DNA of 64,000 nucleotides. Source: an uncultured Gemmatimonadales bacterium. GTDB lineage: Bacteria > Gemmatimonadota > Gemmatimonadetes > Gemmatimonadales > GWC2-71-9. Positions within the stretch are counted from its first letter, which is position 1; every line of letters starts with the position of its first letter. The stretch lies in NCBI GenBank assembly GCA_963695555.1, contig CAVOGR010000012.1, forward strand, positions 1 to 64,000, in the 5' to 3' direction. A program made the position numbers and the translations under genes. Under the pieces are notes generated by a model, which did no database searches, was not told where the DNA came from, and worked only from the letters and a program-made list of their open reading frames with translations. Below, one piece after another: positions 31,172 to 40,426 of this stretch.

Positions 31172-32065
31172 CTAGGCGACCAGATCCTTCAGTCGGTCGC
31201 CCGTTTCTCCTTCGCGGAGCCGGAGCAGCGCACGATCGCGCAGCTGGCGGATCCGCTCCCGGGTGACACCCATCATCCGGCCGATTTCCTCGAGCGTCCG
31301 GCTGTTGCCGTCGTCGAGCCCAAAGTACAGCCGGAGCACCTTCGCATCGCGCGGCGGCAGTGACGCAAGCGCCTGCTCGATGCCCTCGGTCCGGCTGTTG
31401 AGTATGGTGCTCGAATCGGTACCCTCCTGATCGGACCAGGAGAATCGCTCGATCCGCTCATGGCCATCGCCGTCGCGCGTCGGATGGTCGAGCCGCACCG
31501 CCTCGGAATTGAGGGCGCTCAGGCTGCGGACCGCCTCGAGCGTCAGCCCGGTAGCTCGCGCCAGCTCCTCCACCGTGGGCATCCGGCCCAGGCGCTCCTT
31601 GAGCAGGGTCGTGGTGCGGCCCAGGCGGCTGAGGTCGGCCGTCCGGTTGAGCGGCACCCGAACGGGCCTGCCGTGCCGGGCAATGGCGGCCTGCACGGCT
31701 TGGCGAATCCACCAGACCGCATACGAGATGAATTTGACGCCGCGGTCCGGATCGAACTTCCGGGCAGCCGTCATGAGACCGAGGTTCCCTTCGCCGATCA
31801 GATCGACGAGTGGGACACCGCGATTCTGGAATTTCTTAGCGACGGATACCACGAACCGCACGTTGTGCCGTGCCAGCCTTTCCTGAGCCGTCACATCGCC
31901 CCGGAACGCCTTGCGCGCGAGAGCCATCTCTTCTTCGCGATTGAGCAGCGGCACCCGGCTGATCTCGTCGAGGTAAAGATCGAGGCTCTCCCGCCCCTCA
32001 TCGACCGCACGGGCGATTTGAGCCGGCCGAACCTGGCGTCGCTTTGCTCGCGTCTTTGTTGCCAC
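31172..32065 (-). CDS. RNA polymerase sigma70 factor, RpoD/RpoS family, lacking region 1.1
   Basis: LDLYLDEISRVPLL, DLIGEGNLGL, FISYAVWWIRQ, TLEEIG...TRERIRQ. Confidence 0.93.
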   Translation of the reverse strand: MATKTRAKRRQVRPAQIARAVDEGRESLDLYLDEISRVPLLNREEEMALARKAFRGDVTAQERLARHNVRFVVSVAKKFQNRGVPLVDLIGEGNLGLMTAARKFDPDRGVKFISYAVWWIRQAVQAAIARHGRPVRVPLNRTADLSRLGRTTTLLKERLGRMPTVEELARATGLTLEAVRSLSALNSEAVRLDHPTRDGDGHERIERFSWSDQEGTDSSTILNSRTEGIEQALASLPPRDAKVLRLYFGLDDGNSRTLEEIGRMMGVTRERIRQLRDRALLRLREGETGDRLKDLVA

Positions 32066-32194
32066 TCAGCCTCCTTGGGGACTCCCGTCGTCCACACTGT
32101 ATACCAGCTTACCCTCGAGCGGGTTCCCATATCTGCGTGGGAATCGAGAGCTGTTCAAAAAGTAACCGTGCAAGATAACACGTAACTCACCATA

Positions 32195-32207
32195 AATCAA
32201 TACCTTA
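32195..32207 (+). promoter_or_regulatory. IHF-consensus site upstream of the sigma factor gene
   Basis: AATCAATACCTTA matches WATCAANNNNTTR in an AT-rich patch, next to a minus-strand TGnTATCTT extended -10. Confidence 0.4.
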
Positions 32208-32411
32208 GCTAACCACTTCTGTACCTAGGGTTTGCACGTTTGGACCGGTATTGGTGCCATTTCTCTAGATGCACCACTCGGAACAAGCGTCGCGCGAGCA
32301 GTGGACGTTCCATGTCGCAACGTTTAATCCATCCGGGCCCGACTCCACCGAGGGGACGCGCGGGGCCAGTACCCTTGCACGGCCTAAGTCTGGGCCCGTC
32401 ACCTCCAAAGC

Positions 32412-32446
32412 GGACGGGGGCGGCACCCCCGGTGCCGCCCCCGTCC
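32412..32446 (-). terminator. Strong hairpin downstream of the 32468-33115 gene
   Basis: ggacgggggcggcacc...ggtgccgcccccgtcc. Confidence 0.7.
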
Positions 32447-32467
32447 AGAAACCACTGGACCACAGTC

Positions 32468-33115
32468 CTAGAATCCTGGCATGTCCTGAATCGGTCCCGT
32501 AATCGCGCTGGTCGCGTCGCTCCCATGACCAGCCAGCTCGATTGAGCCGTCCTTGCTGGTGGCCTTGACGAGAAAGAATGACATGTCCTTGCTCAGCCAC
32601 ATGTCGCCGTCGTCACCGCGGTAATGGCGCGCGGTGAAGGTGCCCGCCGGGACGGTGACGGATTCCTCGCCGAGATCTGCGATCTTCTCACACCCCTCCA
32701 TCACGTCGGCCATTGGATCCTTCATCTTGTCCCGGAACATGGACATCATCCGCTCCGGCATCCGCATGGCGGGCTGGCCGGCCGGCTGCATCACGATCTC
32801 CTTGATTTCCCCCATGTTCTCCCATCCCGCCACCAGCATCTTCATGATGACGTTCCCGTCCTTCTTGTCACCTTTGAGCGCCATCTCCATCCAGTAATAT
32901 GCCTTCCCGTCCCGCTCTTCCTGCCCCACGATGGCCTGCTTCATGGTGCCGTGCGACGTCTGATAGGAGGCCCATGATCCGACCTCCATTCTCCTCCCTT
33001 TCGCGCCCTCGACTAGCTCGCAGGCGTTCTGGCCGTACAGCGGAGCCGCGGCGACCACCAGACCGAGCAGGAGGCCAGGCAGCGACCCACGACTGAGACG
33101 AATGACCTTCTCCAT
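32468..33115 (-). CDS. Secreted hypothetical protein with ESVTVPAGTF motif (DUF3108-like)
   Basis: Signal-peptide-like N-terminus; directly downstream of pntB. Confidence 0.7.
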   Translation of the reverse strand: MEKVIRLSRGSLPGLLLGLVVAAAPLYGQNACELVEGAKGRRMEVGSWASYQTSHGTMKQAIVGQEERDGKAYYWMEMALKGDKKDGNVIMKMLVAGWENMGEIKEIVMQPAGQPAMRMPERMMSMFRDKMKDPMADVMEGCEKIADLGEESVTVPAGTFTARHYRGDDGDMWLSKDMSFFLVKATSKDGSIELAGHGSDATSAITGPIQDMPGF

Positions 33116-33129
33116 TCCATTCCCCCTTG

Positions 33130-34512
33130 CTACAGAGACTTGACCTCATTCACCAGCCCTGTGAGCGAGGCCTTGGCATCGCCGAAGAGCATGGAGTTAC
33201 GAGGGTGGAAAAATAGCTCATTTTGGATGCCGGCAAACCCGGGATTCATGGAGCGCTTCATGACGATGATGCTCTGGGCCTCATCGACATTCAGAATCGG
33301 CATGCCGTAGATCGGGCTCGTCGGGTCGCTCCGGGCCGCGGGATTCACCACGTCATTGGCCCCAATGACCAAAGCCACGTCCGCCCGCTGGAATTCGTCG
33401 TTGATCTGGTCCATGTCGTACAGCTTGTCGTACGGCACGTTGGCCTCGGCCAACAGCACGTTCATATGGCCCGGCATCCGTCCGGCAACCGGGTGAATGG
33501 CGTACTTGACCTCGCCACCCCTCTTCTCAATCAGGTCGGCCAACTCCCGCACCTGGTGCTGAGCCTGGGCCACGGCCAAACCGTAGCCCGGCACCACGAT
33601 GACCAACCGGGCATAGGCCAGCTGGAGGGCCGCGTCCTCCACGGAGAGCGACCGCACGGTGCGCTCCTCGGCGCCTTTGCCCGGCCCCAGCGCCGTGACG
33701 GACCCAAACGCGCTGAAAAGCACGTTGCCGAGCGACCGGTTCATGGCCTTGCACATGATGGTCGTGAGGATGATACCGGACGAGCCCACCAACGCGCCGG
33801 CAATGATCAAGACGCTGTTGTTGATCACGAACCCGGTCATCGCCGCCGCCAATCCCGAATACGAATTCAGGAGGGCGATGACCACCGGCATGTCCGCACC
33901 GCCGATGGGAATGACGAAGAGCACACCCAACACGAGCGAAATGGTGATGACGATGTAGAAGCTCTGGAGTTGCTGCCCGGGCGTCACGACTTGATACACC
34001 GCGAGGCCGAGAATGCCGAGCAGTAGAATGGAGCTAACGATCTTCTGCAAGGGATAGGTGATGGGCTTCCCGGTCATCACTTCCTGCAGCTTAGCCCAGG
34101 CGATGACGCTGCCGGTGAAGGTCACGGCCCCGATCAGAAGACTCAACTGAATGGTGATGTCGGTGTCGACCGGGAGCGTTTCCACCTTCAGGAACTCCGC
34201 ACCACCCACGAGGAGCGACGCCGCGCCACCGAATCCGTTTAGGAGCGCCACCATCTGAGGCATGGCGGTCATCTTGACCGTACGGGCCATCCACAGGCCG
34301 GCCGCGGAGCCCACGAAAATACCCGCGATGATGACCTGGTACGACAGAATGTCGCGGTTGAAGAGGGTGACCGCGATGGCCACCAGCATGCCCAGGGCGG
34401 AGAGTTGGTTGCCGCGCGGGGCCGTATCGGGATGGCCCAGCTTCTTGAGCCCGATGATGAAGAGGCTGGCGGATACCAGGTAGATCAGAGCGGTCAAGCC
34501 GGAGGGTATCAT
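33130..34512 (-). CDS. pntB: NAD(P)+ transhydrogenase beta subunit
   Basis: MTAMPQMVALLNG, IGGADMPVV, HPVAGRMPGHMNVLLAEA, GANDVVNP. Confidence 0.96.
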   Translation of the reverse strand: MIPSGLTALIYLVSASLFIIGLKKLGHPDTAPRGNQLSALGMLVAIAVTLFNRDILSYQVIIAGIFVGSAAGLWMARTVKMTAMPQMVALLNGFGGAASLLVGGAEFLKVETLPVDTDITIQLSLLIGAVTFTGSVIAWAKLQEVMTGKPITYPLQKIVSSILLLGILGLAVYQVVTPGQQLQSFYIVITISLVLGVLFVIPIGGADMPVVIALLNSYSGLAAAMTGFVINNSVLIIAGALVGSSGIILTTIMCKAMNRSLGNVLFSAFGSVTALGPGKGAEERTVRSLSVEDAALQLAYARLVIVVPGYGLAVAQAQHQVRELADLIEKRGGEVKYAIHPVAGRMPGHMNVLLAEANVPYDKLYDMDQINDEFQRADVALVIGANDVVNPAARSDPTSPIYGMPILNVDEAQSIIVMKRSMNPGFAGIQNELFFHPRNSMLFGDAKASLTGLVNEVKSL

Positions 34513-34802
34513 TTCTCCTCCGGCTTCTTCTTGAACATGTGGAGCATGCGGTCCGTCACCATATACCCGCCGACCACGTTCATCATGGCCAGCACGACGG
34601 CGCCGAAGCCGAAGACCATCGAGACCCACCCGTGGCCTCCTCCCGCGACGATCAGCGCGCCGACGATGGTGATGCCACTGATCGCATTCGACCCGGACAT
34701 GAGCGGGGTGTGCAGCGTGGGCGGTACCCGATGGATGAGCTCGAAGCCCAGGAACGTTGCCAGCGTGAAGACCACAATGCCCAGGATGATGCCTTCGCTC
34801 AT
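34509..34802 (-). CDS. pntAB: NAD(P)+ transhydrogenase alpha subunit, part 2
   Basis: VPPTLHTPLMSGSNAISG, VTDRMLHMF. Confidence 0.94.
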   Translation of the reverse strand: MSEGIILGIVVFTLATFLGFELIHRVPPTLHTPLMSGSNAISGITIVGALIVAGGGHGWVSMVFGFGAVVLAMMNVVGGYMVTDRMLHMFKKKPEEK

Positions 34803-35917
34803 GCCGTTCTCCCGAACCGGACTGTGCCGTTATAGGTCACGCACATCGGCCCGACGACCGAATCATCGAGATCGATGTGCAGCGCGCCTTCTTTGGTCAC
34901 CGCGTCGACAAACGTCGACAAGTTCCTGCTGTACATCTGGCTGGCATGAATCGGCACCGAGGCTGGCAGGTTTGCCGGACCCAGGATGGTGACGCCGTGC
35001 CCGGTAACCGTTTCACCTGCACGGGTGAGTTCGCAATTCCCGCCGGATTCATTGGCCAGGTCGACGATGACGGACCCCGCCTGCATGCTCTTGACCATGG
35101 CATCGGTAATGAGCCTCGGCGCTGGCTTGCCCGGGATCTGGGCCGTGGTGATGATCAGGTCCATGCCGGGCACGTGGTTGCCGATCGCCTCCAGAACCTT
35201 CCGCTGCTGCTCCGCGGCCAGCTCCTTCGCATAGCCGCCGCTGTCTTCGGCCTCCTGGCTTACCGCCTCGGCTTCCACAAAGATGGCGCCGAGGCTCTCC
35301 ACCTGCTCCTTTACGACGGCCCGGACGTCGAACGCCGAGACCACGCCCCCGAGTCGGCGCGCCGTCGCGATGGCCTGAAGACCGGCCACACCAGCGCCGA
35401 TGATGAAGACCTTGGCCGGCGCAAGCGTCCCCGCCGCTGTCGTGAGCATGGGCAACAGCTTGCCGAGGTGGGAGGCCCCAAGCAGCACCGCTTTGTACCC
35501 GGCGATCGTCGCCTGGGATGACAAGGCGTCCATGGATTGGGCCTTGGTGATGCGTGGCACCAGCTCCATGGCAAACCCGCCGACCTTACGCTGGGCCATG
35601 TGCACGAACAGGTCGCCGGAGGCCGCCGGTTGCATGAACCCGACCACGGCGGCGCCGGCCTTGAGCAGGTCGATCTCCTGGAGCGGGGGTGGTTGGACCC
35701 GGAGCACCAGGTCGGCCTGGCCGACCGCCGCCTTGAGATCCGGGGCCACGGTCGCGCCGGCGCCGGTGTACAGATCGTCTCCAAGGCCGGCCTCAGCACC
35801 CGCTCCGCGCTGAATGGTCACGTCCAACCCGGCCTTCACCATTCGGCGGACCGTGTCGGGCACCAGGGCTACGCGGCGTTCACCCGGGGTGGTTTCCTTC
35901 GGGACGGCAATACGCAT
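34799..35917 (-). CDS. pntAA: NAD(P)+ transhydrogenase alpha subunit, part 1
   Basis: PKETTPGERRVALVP, RITKAQSMDALSS, GAGVAG, TTAQIPGKPAP. Confidence 0.95.
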   Translation of the reverse strand: MRIAVPKETTPGERRVALVPDTVRRMVKAGLDVTIQRGAGAEAGLGDDLYTGAGATVAPDLKAAVGQADLVLRVQPPPLQEIDLLKAGAAVVGFMQPAASGDLFVHMAQRKVGGFAMELVPRITKAQSMDALSSQATIAGYKAVLLGASHLGKLLPMLTTAAGTLAPAKVFIIGAGVAGLQAIATARRLGGVVSAFDVRAVVKEQVESLGAIFVEAEAVSQEAEDSGGYAKELAAEQQRKVLEAIGNHVPGMDLIITTAQIPGKPAPRLITDAMVKSMQAGSVIVDLANESGGNCELTRAGETVTGHGVTILGPANLPASVPIHASQMYSRNLSTFVDAVTKEGALHIDLDDSVVGPMCVTYNGTVRFGRTA

Positions 35918-36060
35918 ATGGATTTCTCGCGTCGAAAAAGCGCTGGGGAATCTAGTGGAAATCCAATTTCATGCGAGGGGTCGTTGGCATTCGTTCCAAT
36001 AGTCTTCAGGAAATATTCACGAACCCCCTGAGCGGGGCGCGACGAACCGGCCCCCTCGCC

Positions 36061-37011
36061 TCACCAGCGCCGCCGCACATCCAACCGGGTGAGCCCAATC
36101 TGGCGGGCCCAGTCTTGGGCCTCGCGGAACTCGTCCTGGGCGAGCAGGCGGTTGATTTCGGCATGCTGGTCTGCCTGGACCCGGCCCGCAGGCCGGTACT
36201 GGTTCATCAAGTTGAGGTAGCAGTCACCGCCGAGCTCGGAGGCGATCCAGCTCATGATGGCGCGCGTATCATCGAGGCACCCCGGCATGACCAAGTGCCG
36301 GATCAGCACGCCTCGCCTGGCCAATCCGTCGGACCCAATGACGAGCGGCCCGACCTGCTGGTACATGGCGCGGATTGCGGCGCGAGCCACGGCCGGATAG
36401 TCCTCGGCCATGAGATAGCGCTTGCTCCGCGCCGGGGACCAGAACTTGAAGTCGGGCATGTAGATGTCCACAATGCCGTCCAAGAGCGCCAGACTCTCCA
36501 ACGAATCGTAGGCGCTCGTGTTGTAGACGATCGGCAGCTCGAGGCCGCCATCGACCGCGAGGGAGAGCGCTTCGACGACCTGCGGGACGACGTGTTCGGG
36601 CGTTACCAAGTTGATGTTGTGGCACCCTCGGTCCTGAAGCTCGAGCATCATTTCAGCCAGGCGCTCTGGCGAGGTGCCGGGCGACCTCGCGCCCGGCCGG
36701 GCGCCCTGACTGATATCGAAGTTCTGACAGAAGACACACCGCAGGTTGCAGTGGGAGAAGAATATGGTTCCCGACCCGTTCCATCCTCGGAGGCAGTCCT
36801 CTTCTCCGGAATGCGGGAAGGAACTCCCCACCACCGCGTACCTGCCGGTCTTGCATGCGGACCATTTGTCCTCGAGCCGGTTGACGCCGCAATTGCGGGG
36901 GCAGCATCGGCAATCCTCGAGCAAGGCAAGCGCACGGTGGCTCCGCATCTGGAGTTCCGATGGCGGAAGCCGCTTGTATGCAGGTTCGAACGAGGCTTGG
37001 CGGCGAATCAA
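36061..37011 (-). CDS. Radical SAM protein, PflX-like
   Basis: CRCCPRNC plus CNLRCVFC (CxxxCxxC), HNINLVTP, DIYMPDFK, IRHLVMP. Confidence 0.9.
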   Translation of the reverse strand: MIRRQASFEPAYKRLPPSELQMRSHRALALLEDCRCCPRNCGVNRLEDKWSACKTGRYAVVGSSFPHSGEEDCLRGWNGSGTIFFSHCNLRCVFCQNFDISQGARPGARSPGTSPERLAEMMLELQDRGCHNINLVTPEHVVPQVVEALSLAVDGGLELPIVYNTSAYDSLESLALLDGIVDIYMPDFKFWSPARSKRYLMAEDYPAVARAAIRAMYQQVGPLVIGSDGLARRGVLIRHLVMPGCLDDTRAIMSWIASELGGDCYLNLMNQYRPAGRVQADQHAEINRLLAQDEFREAQDWARQIGLTRLDVRRRW

Positions 37012-38849
37012 CCGACTACCTCCCCGCGCCCAGGCAATGCGACGCCGATCAACCCACCCGATAGACGCCTCAGCAACTCTTCGAGACGTTGCTTTTCCTG
37101 ATCGAGCCTGCTCTGCCCTGCCTGCAGTTGCGTGTCCACCGAGTCCTTGAGTGCCAAGACGCGGCGTTTGATCGGGGTCACGTGGAGAGCCACCACGCTG
37201 TCCACCATCGCACGGGCCCGTGCTTCCGCCTTCGCTACCTCTTCTCCGGCGACTGCCCGAAGCCGGCGCTCAATGGCTGGGCCGATGTTCGATGACACCT
37301 CGATGTGCGGCTGACGGATGGTGCCGGTCAGCTGAGCCGAAATCGAGAGGGACGGCACCCCACTCAGCACCCGCCAAAGCAGTGTCTCGACCCCCGGCGG
37401 GATCGCCGAAGCTCGGTCGTGCCGCGACCATTCGACTCGATCCGATTGGAGGGTCCATCGAGCGAGGATGCTGTCGCCGGCAAGTTGGACCAGGAGCCGG
37501 GAATTGCCGAGACCCGGATCGACCCGAAACGGCAGCGGGCCCAAGTCGAACGCGGGCAGTCGCAGGCCCGTGACCGAAGCCTGAAGGGAATCCCGCGGGT
37601 TGAGACCGGTGTGGTCGATCACGGCGTCGACGTTCACCCTCCGAGGACCAGCATCCTGGGCAGTCCGCTCGGCAGACACGCGGGTCGGCCGGCCCAAAAT
37701 GGCAGGCGCCGAGGTGAGGTCCGAGATCCGGACTGAATACCGCGCCTCGCTGGCTCCGCCGGATCCCAGGACGAAATTCGCATCGCCCCGTTCGATCCAA
37801 AATTTCGGATACTCTTTCATGCGCGGGAAGTCGAACGTGGTCCCGGCACGGCGGACCCGAAAAGGTCCCGGCCGTTCTCGCGGAAGCAGTCCCGGCGGCA
37901 AGTAGCGCTTCACCAACTCGGCCCAATAGGCAGCCTGCTGCAGTCGGTCGATGCTGACCTGCCCGAACAGCGCACGGCTCACCTGTGGAGCCGAGAAATT
38001 AGGAACCTTGAGCAGGCCCCGGGCGGTGGCGTAGTCCAGTTGCGTCGCCGCATCTACCTGGCCCAAGCCGCGCTCCAGATTGGTGACACCCTGTGTGGCT
38101 CCAACCTGGAGTTGCTCCAGCCGCCGCCGTGCCGCCGCCAGACTGTCCATCGCTCGCCTCAGGTCGGAAACGGCCCGCCGGGTGCCGTCGAGCCCGAGCG
38201 TCAGCGGATTGGCGCCGGCCAGCCGACGCGCGACGGAAGCCGCGGTGTCGAGCACCGGCGCCAGGGCGAGCCCGGCAACTCCGGCCTGGAAGGCGGTGCG
38301 CGCGGAATCGACCTGACCCGCAAGGCGCGTGGCTGCTTGCACCGTCGCGAGAGACCCCGGATCGAGGATGATGCTTCGAATCGTGTCGATCGGCAGCAAG
38401 TTCTGGAGCGAGGCTTGGACATCGAGCGGCCACGACCGGATCGTCTGGAGGGTCTTGGCGGCAAAGCCATCGGGCGGGGCGGCAGCCGCAGGGCGCCGTC
38501 GTGCAGTGCCGAAGGTGAGGTCTTGAAGGCTGATGCGGCTCACCACCAGCTTCTTCTCGAGCAGGGGAACTGGCTCGATGTCGACCGTCACCAGAGCTGC
38601 TTCGAGCAGGTTGCGATTCCGATCGAACGGATCGGCAACTTCGAGTCTCTCCATCCTGACCGAGGCATCGCGCTCGTTGATGGTCAGGCTCCCGACATCG
38701 ACTTGGGTACCCAGCAGTTCGGTCGAGGCTTCCTCGGTTGTGGTTTCGGCTATCCGATCGGAGAAGACCCAGTACAGCACCCCGAGCAAGACCAACACGA
38801 GGAGCAGCGGCCCGACGGCCCGCCAGCGGAATATCTTGATCTTCCGCAC
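37008..38849 (-). CDS. TIGR03545-like membrane-anchored protein
   Basis: N-terminal TM segment, coiled-coil middle and beta-rich C-terminus; follows a TIGR03546-like gene. Confidence 0.7.
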   Translation of the reverse strand: MRKIKIFRWRAVGPLLLVLVLLGVLYWVFSDRIAETTTEEASTELLGTQVDVGSLTINERDASVRMERLEVADPFDRNRNLLEAALVTVDIEPVPLLEKKLVVSRISLQDLTFGTARRRPAAAAPPDGFAAKTLQTIRSWPLDVQASLQNLLPIDTIRSIILDPGSLATVQAATRLAGQVDSARTAFQAGVAGLALAPVLDTAASVARRLAGANPLTLGLDGTRRAVSDLRRAMDSLAAARRRLEQLQVGATQGVTNLERGLGQVDAATQLDYATARGLLKVPNFSAPQVSRALFGQVSIDRLQQAAYWAELVKRYLPPGLLPRERPGPFRVRRAGTTFDFPRMKEYPKFWIERGDANFVLGSGGASEARYSVRISDLTSAPAILGRPTRVSAERTAQDAGPRRVNVDAVIDHTGLNPRDSLQASVTGLRLPAFDLGPLPFRVDPGLGNSRLLVQLAGDSILARWTLQSDRVEWSRHDRASAIPPGVETLLWRVLSGVPSLSISAQLTGTIRQPHIEVSSNIGPAIERRLRAVAGEEVAKAEARARAMVDSVVALHVTPIKRRVLALKDSVDTQLQAGQSRLDQEKQRLEELLRRLSGGLIGVALPGRGEVVG

Positions 38850-38851
38850 GC

Positions 38852-39373
38852 TCAATCCGGCCGAAACAGGCGGTACAGGTTGTATACCTTGGATGCCTTC
38901 ACCGCCTTGTAAATCCGAAGCTGGCTGACCCGCGCGCCGATGGTTGCCCGATACCGGGCAATGCCGAACCGCGCGAGGAAGAAGATCGGTACGCTGAGGA
39001 GCACCCAGATGATGATGCTCCCCAAGACGACCGAATTGTTGAACTCCGTCAGTGGGACGACCGGAATGTTGTACCACGCCGTCCAGGCCGAGCGGAGGGC
39101 GGGGGCTTCAAGTACGGCCCGTCCGATCGAGTCCGAGGCCGGGTCCAGCAGGAAGCCGATCGGCGTGAACAGCACCCAACCAAGCATCCCACCGGCAAAT
39201 GACACATTGAGCAGCACAATCGCCGCGAAAACGACCAGGTTGTGGAGCGACATGAGCGGGGTCAGCCCCAGACAGGCACCGAGCGCAACCCCCAGCGCCA
39301 CCTGCCCGGGTGTGCCCTCCGAATGCAGGGACTTGACCAGCGATTGGATGAACTTGATGAGTAGTGTGAGCAT
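38852..39373 (-). CDS. TIGR03546/DUF2062-like membrane protein
   Basis: TPGQVALGVALGACLGLTP, FNNSVVLGS. Confidence 0.8.
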   Translation of the reverse strand: MLTLLIKFIQSLVKSLHSEGTPGQVALGVALGACLGLTPLMSLHNLVVFAAIVLLNVSFAGGMLGWVLFTPIGFLLDPASDSIGRAVLEAPALRSAWTAWYNIPVVPLTEFNNSVVLGSIIIWVLLSVPIFFLARFGIARYRATIGARVSQLRIYKAVKASKVYNLYRLFRPD

Positions 39374-39477
39374 CGATCTGCGAGCGACGGAGCGTGACCC
39401 GAAAGGTAGTGTATCGGCACGCGGCCTGCCGAAGTCCAGTGGACTTTGATTCGACAGACCGATATCCTCGATCCAGA

Positions 39478-40416
39478 ATGCCCCACCCACCCGTGGTGAC
39501 CGCCCATGCTCCGGGCTCGATCGGCAATGTCGGGCCGGGCCTCGACATCCTCGGCATGGCCGTGGCCGGCGCCGGCGATACCGTGACGGCGCGCCGCACG
39601 GACTCGGCACGGATCACGGTTCAGGATCCGGGGCACCCCGATCTCCCGACCGACCCCGAGCGCCACACCGCGGCTCTCGCCGCTCGCGAAGTGTTGCGGC
39701 AAGCCGGTGCCGGCGGGGGGCTGGAACTCCGGGTCCACAAGGGATTGCCGCTCGCCGGTGGTCAGGGGGGCAGCGCCGCTTCCGCCGTGGCCGGCGCCGT
39801 GGCCGTCAACAGGCTGCTCGGTCAGCCCCTGTCCACCAGCGAACTCATCGAGGCGTGCTTGATCGCCGAGACTGTCGTGGCCGGCCGGCACGCGGATAAC
39901 ATCGCGCCGTCGCTCTTGGGCGGGCTGGTGCTGGTCCGCTCACTCGAGCCGGTCGAGGTTGTCTCGATCCCCGTCCCCAGCAATCTCTGGATCGTGCTGG
40001 CCCACCCCGAGCAAGTGCTTCGAACGGCAGAAGGAAGAGCCCGGCTCCCGAAGCAGATTCCATGTGATCTGGCACTGAGACAGGCGGCCCAGGTGGCCGC
40101 CCTGGTCGTGGCGTGCGCGAACGACGATCTCCAGCTCTTGGGACGCGCCCTGGTCGATGAGATCGCCGAGCCGGCGCGCGCGCCGTTGCTCCCAGGATTT
40201 GTCGAGGCCAAGGCCGCGGCATTGGCTGCAGGAGCCATCGGCTGCTCGATCTCGGGCAGCGGCCCGACCTCATTTGCCTTTGCGGCCACGAAGGCAGTGG
40301 CGGAACGAGTCGCCGCGGCCATGCAGACCGCGTATCTGACCCGCGGCATTCCCTGCCGGGCCCGAGTCACCCAGCCTGACACTCGGGGTGCTCATGTGCT
40401 CCACCCTGAGCCATGA
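39478..40416 (+). CDS. thrB: Homoserine kinase
   Basis: APGSIGNVGPGLD, PLAGGQGGSAA, HADNIAP, ISGSGP; adjacent to thrC. Confidence 0.93.
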   Translation: MPHPPVVTAHAPGSIGNVGPGLDILGMAVAGAGDTVTARRTDSARITVQDPGHPDLPTDPERHTAALAAREVLRQAGAGGGLELRVHKGLPLAGGQGGSAASAVAGAVAVNRLLGQPLSTSELIEACLIAETVVAGRHADNIAPSLLGGLVLVRSLEPVEVVSIPVPSNLWIVLAHPEQVLRTAEGRARLPKQIPCDLALRQAAQVAALVVACANDDLQLLGRALVDEIAEPARAPLLPGFVEAKAAALAAGAIGCSISGSGPTSFAFAATKAVAERVAAAMQTAYLTRGIPCRARVTQPDTRGAHVLHPEP

Positions 40417-40426
40417 GATACGCGTC

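Noticed and set aside
36004..36024. Rex-like box upstream of pntA (TCGTGAA-TATT-TCCTGAA on the minus strand)
   Set aside because: Only one half-site matches TTGTGAA-N4-TTCACAA, which is too weak to call.
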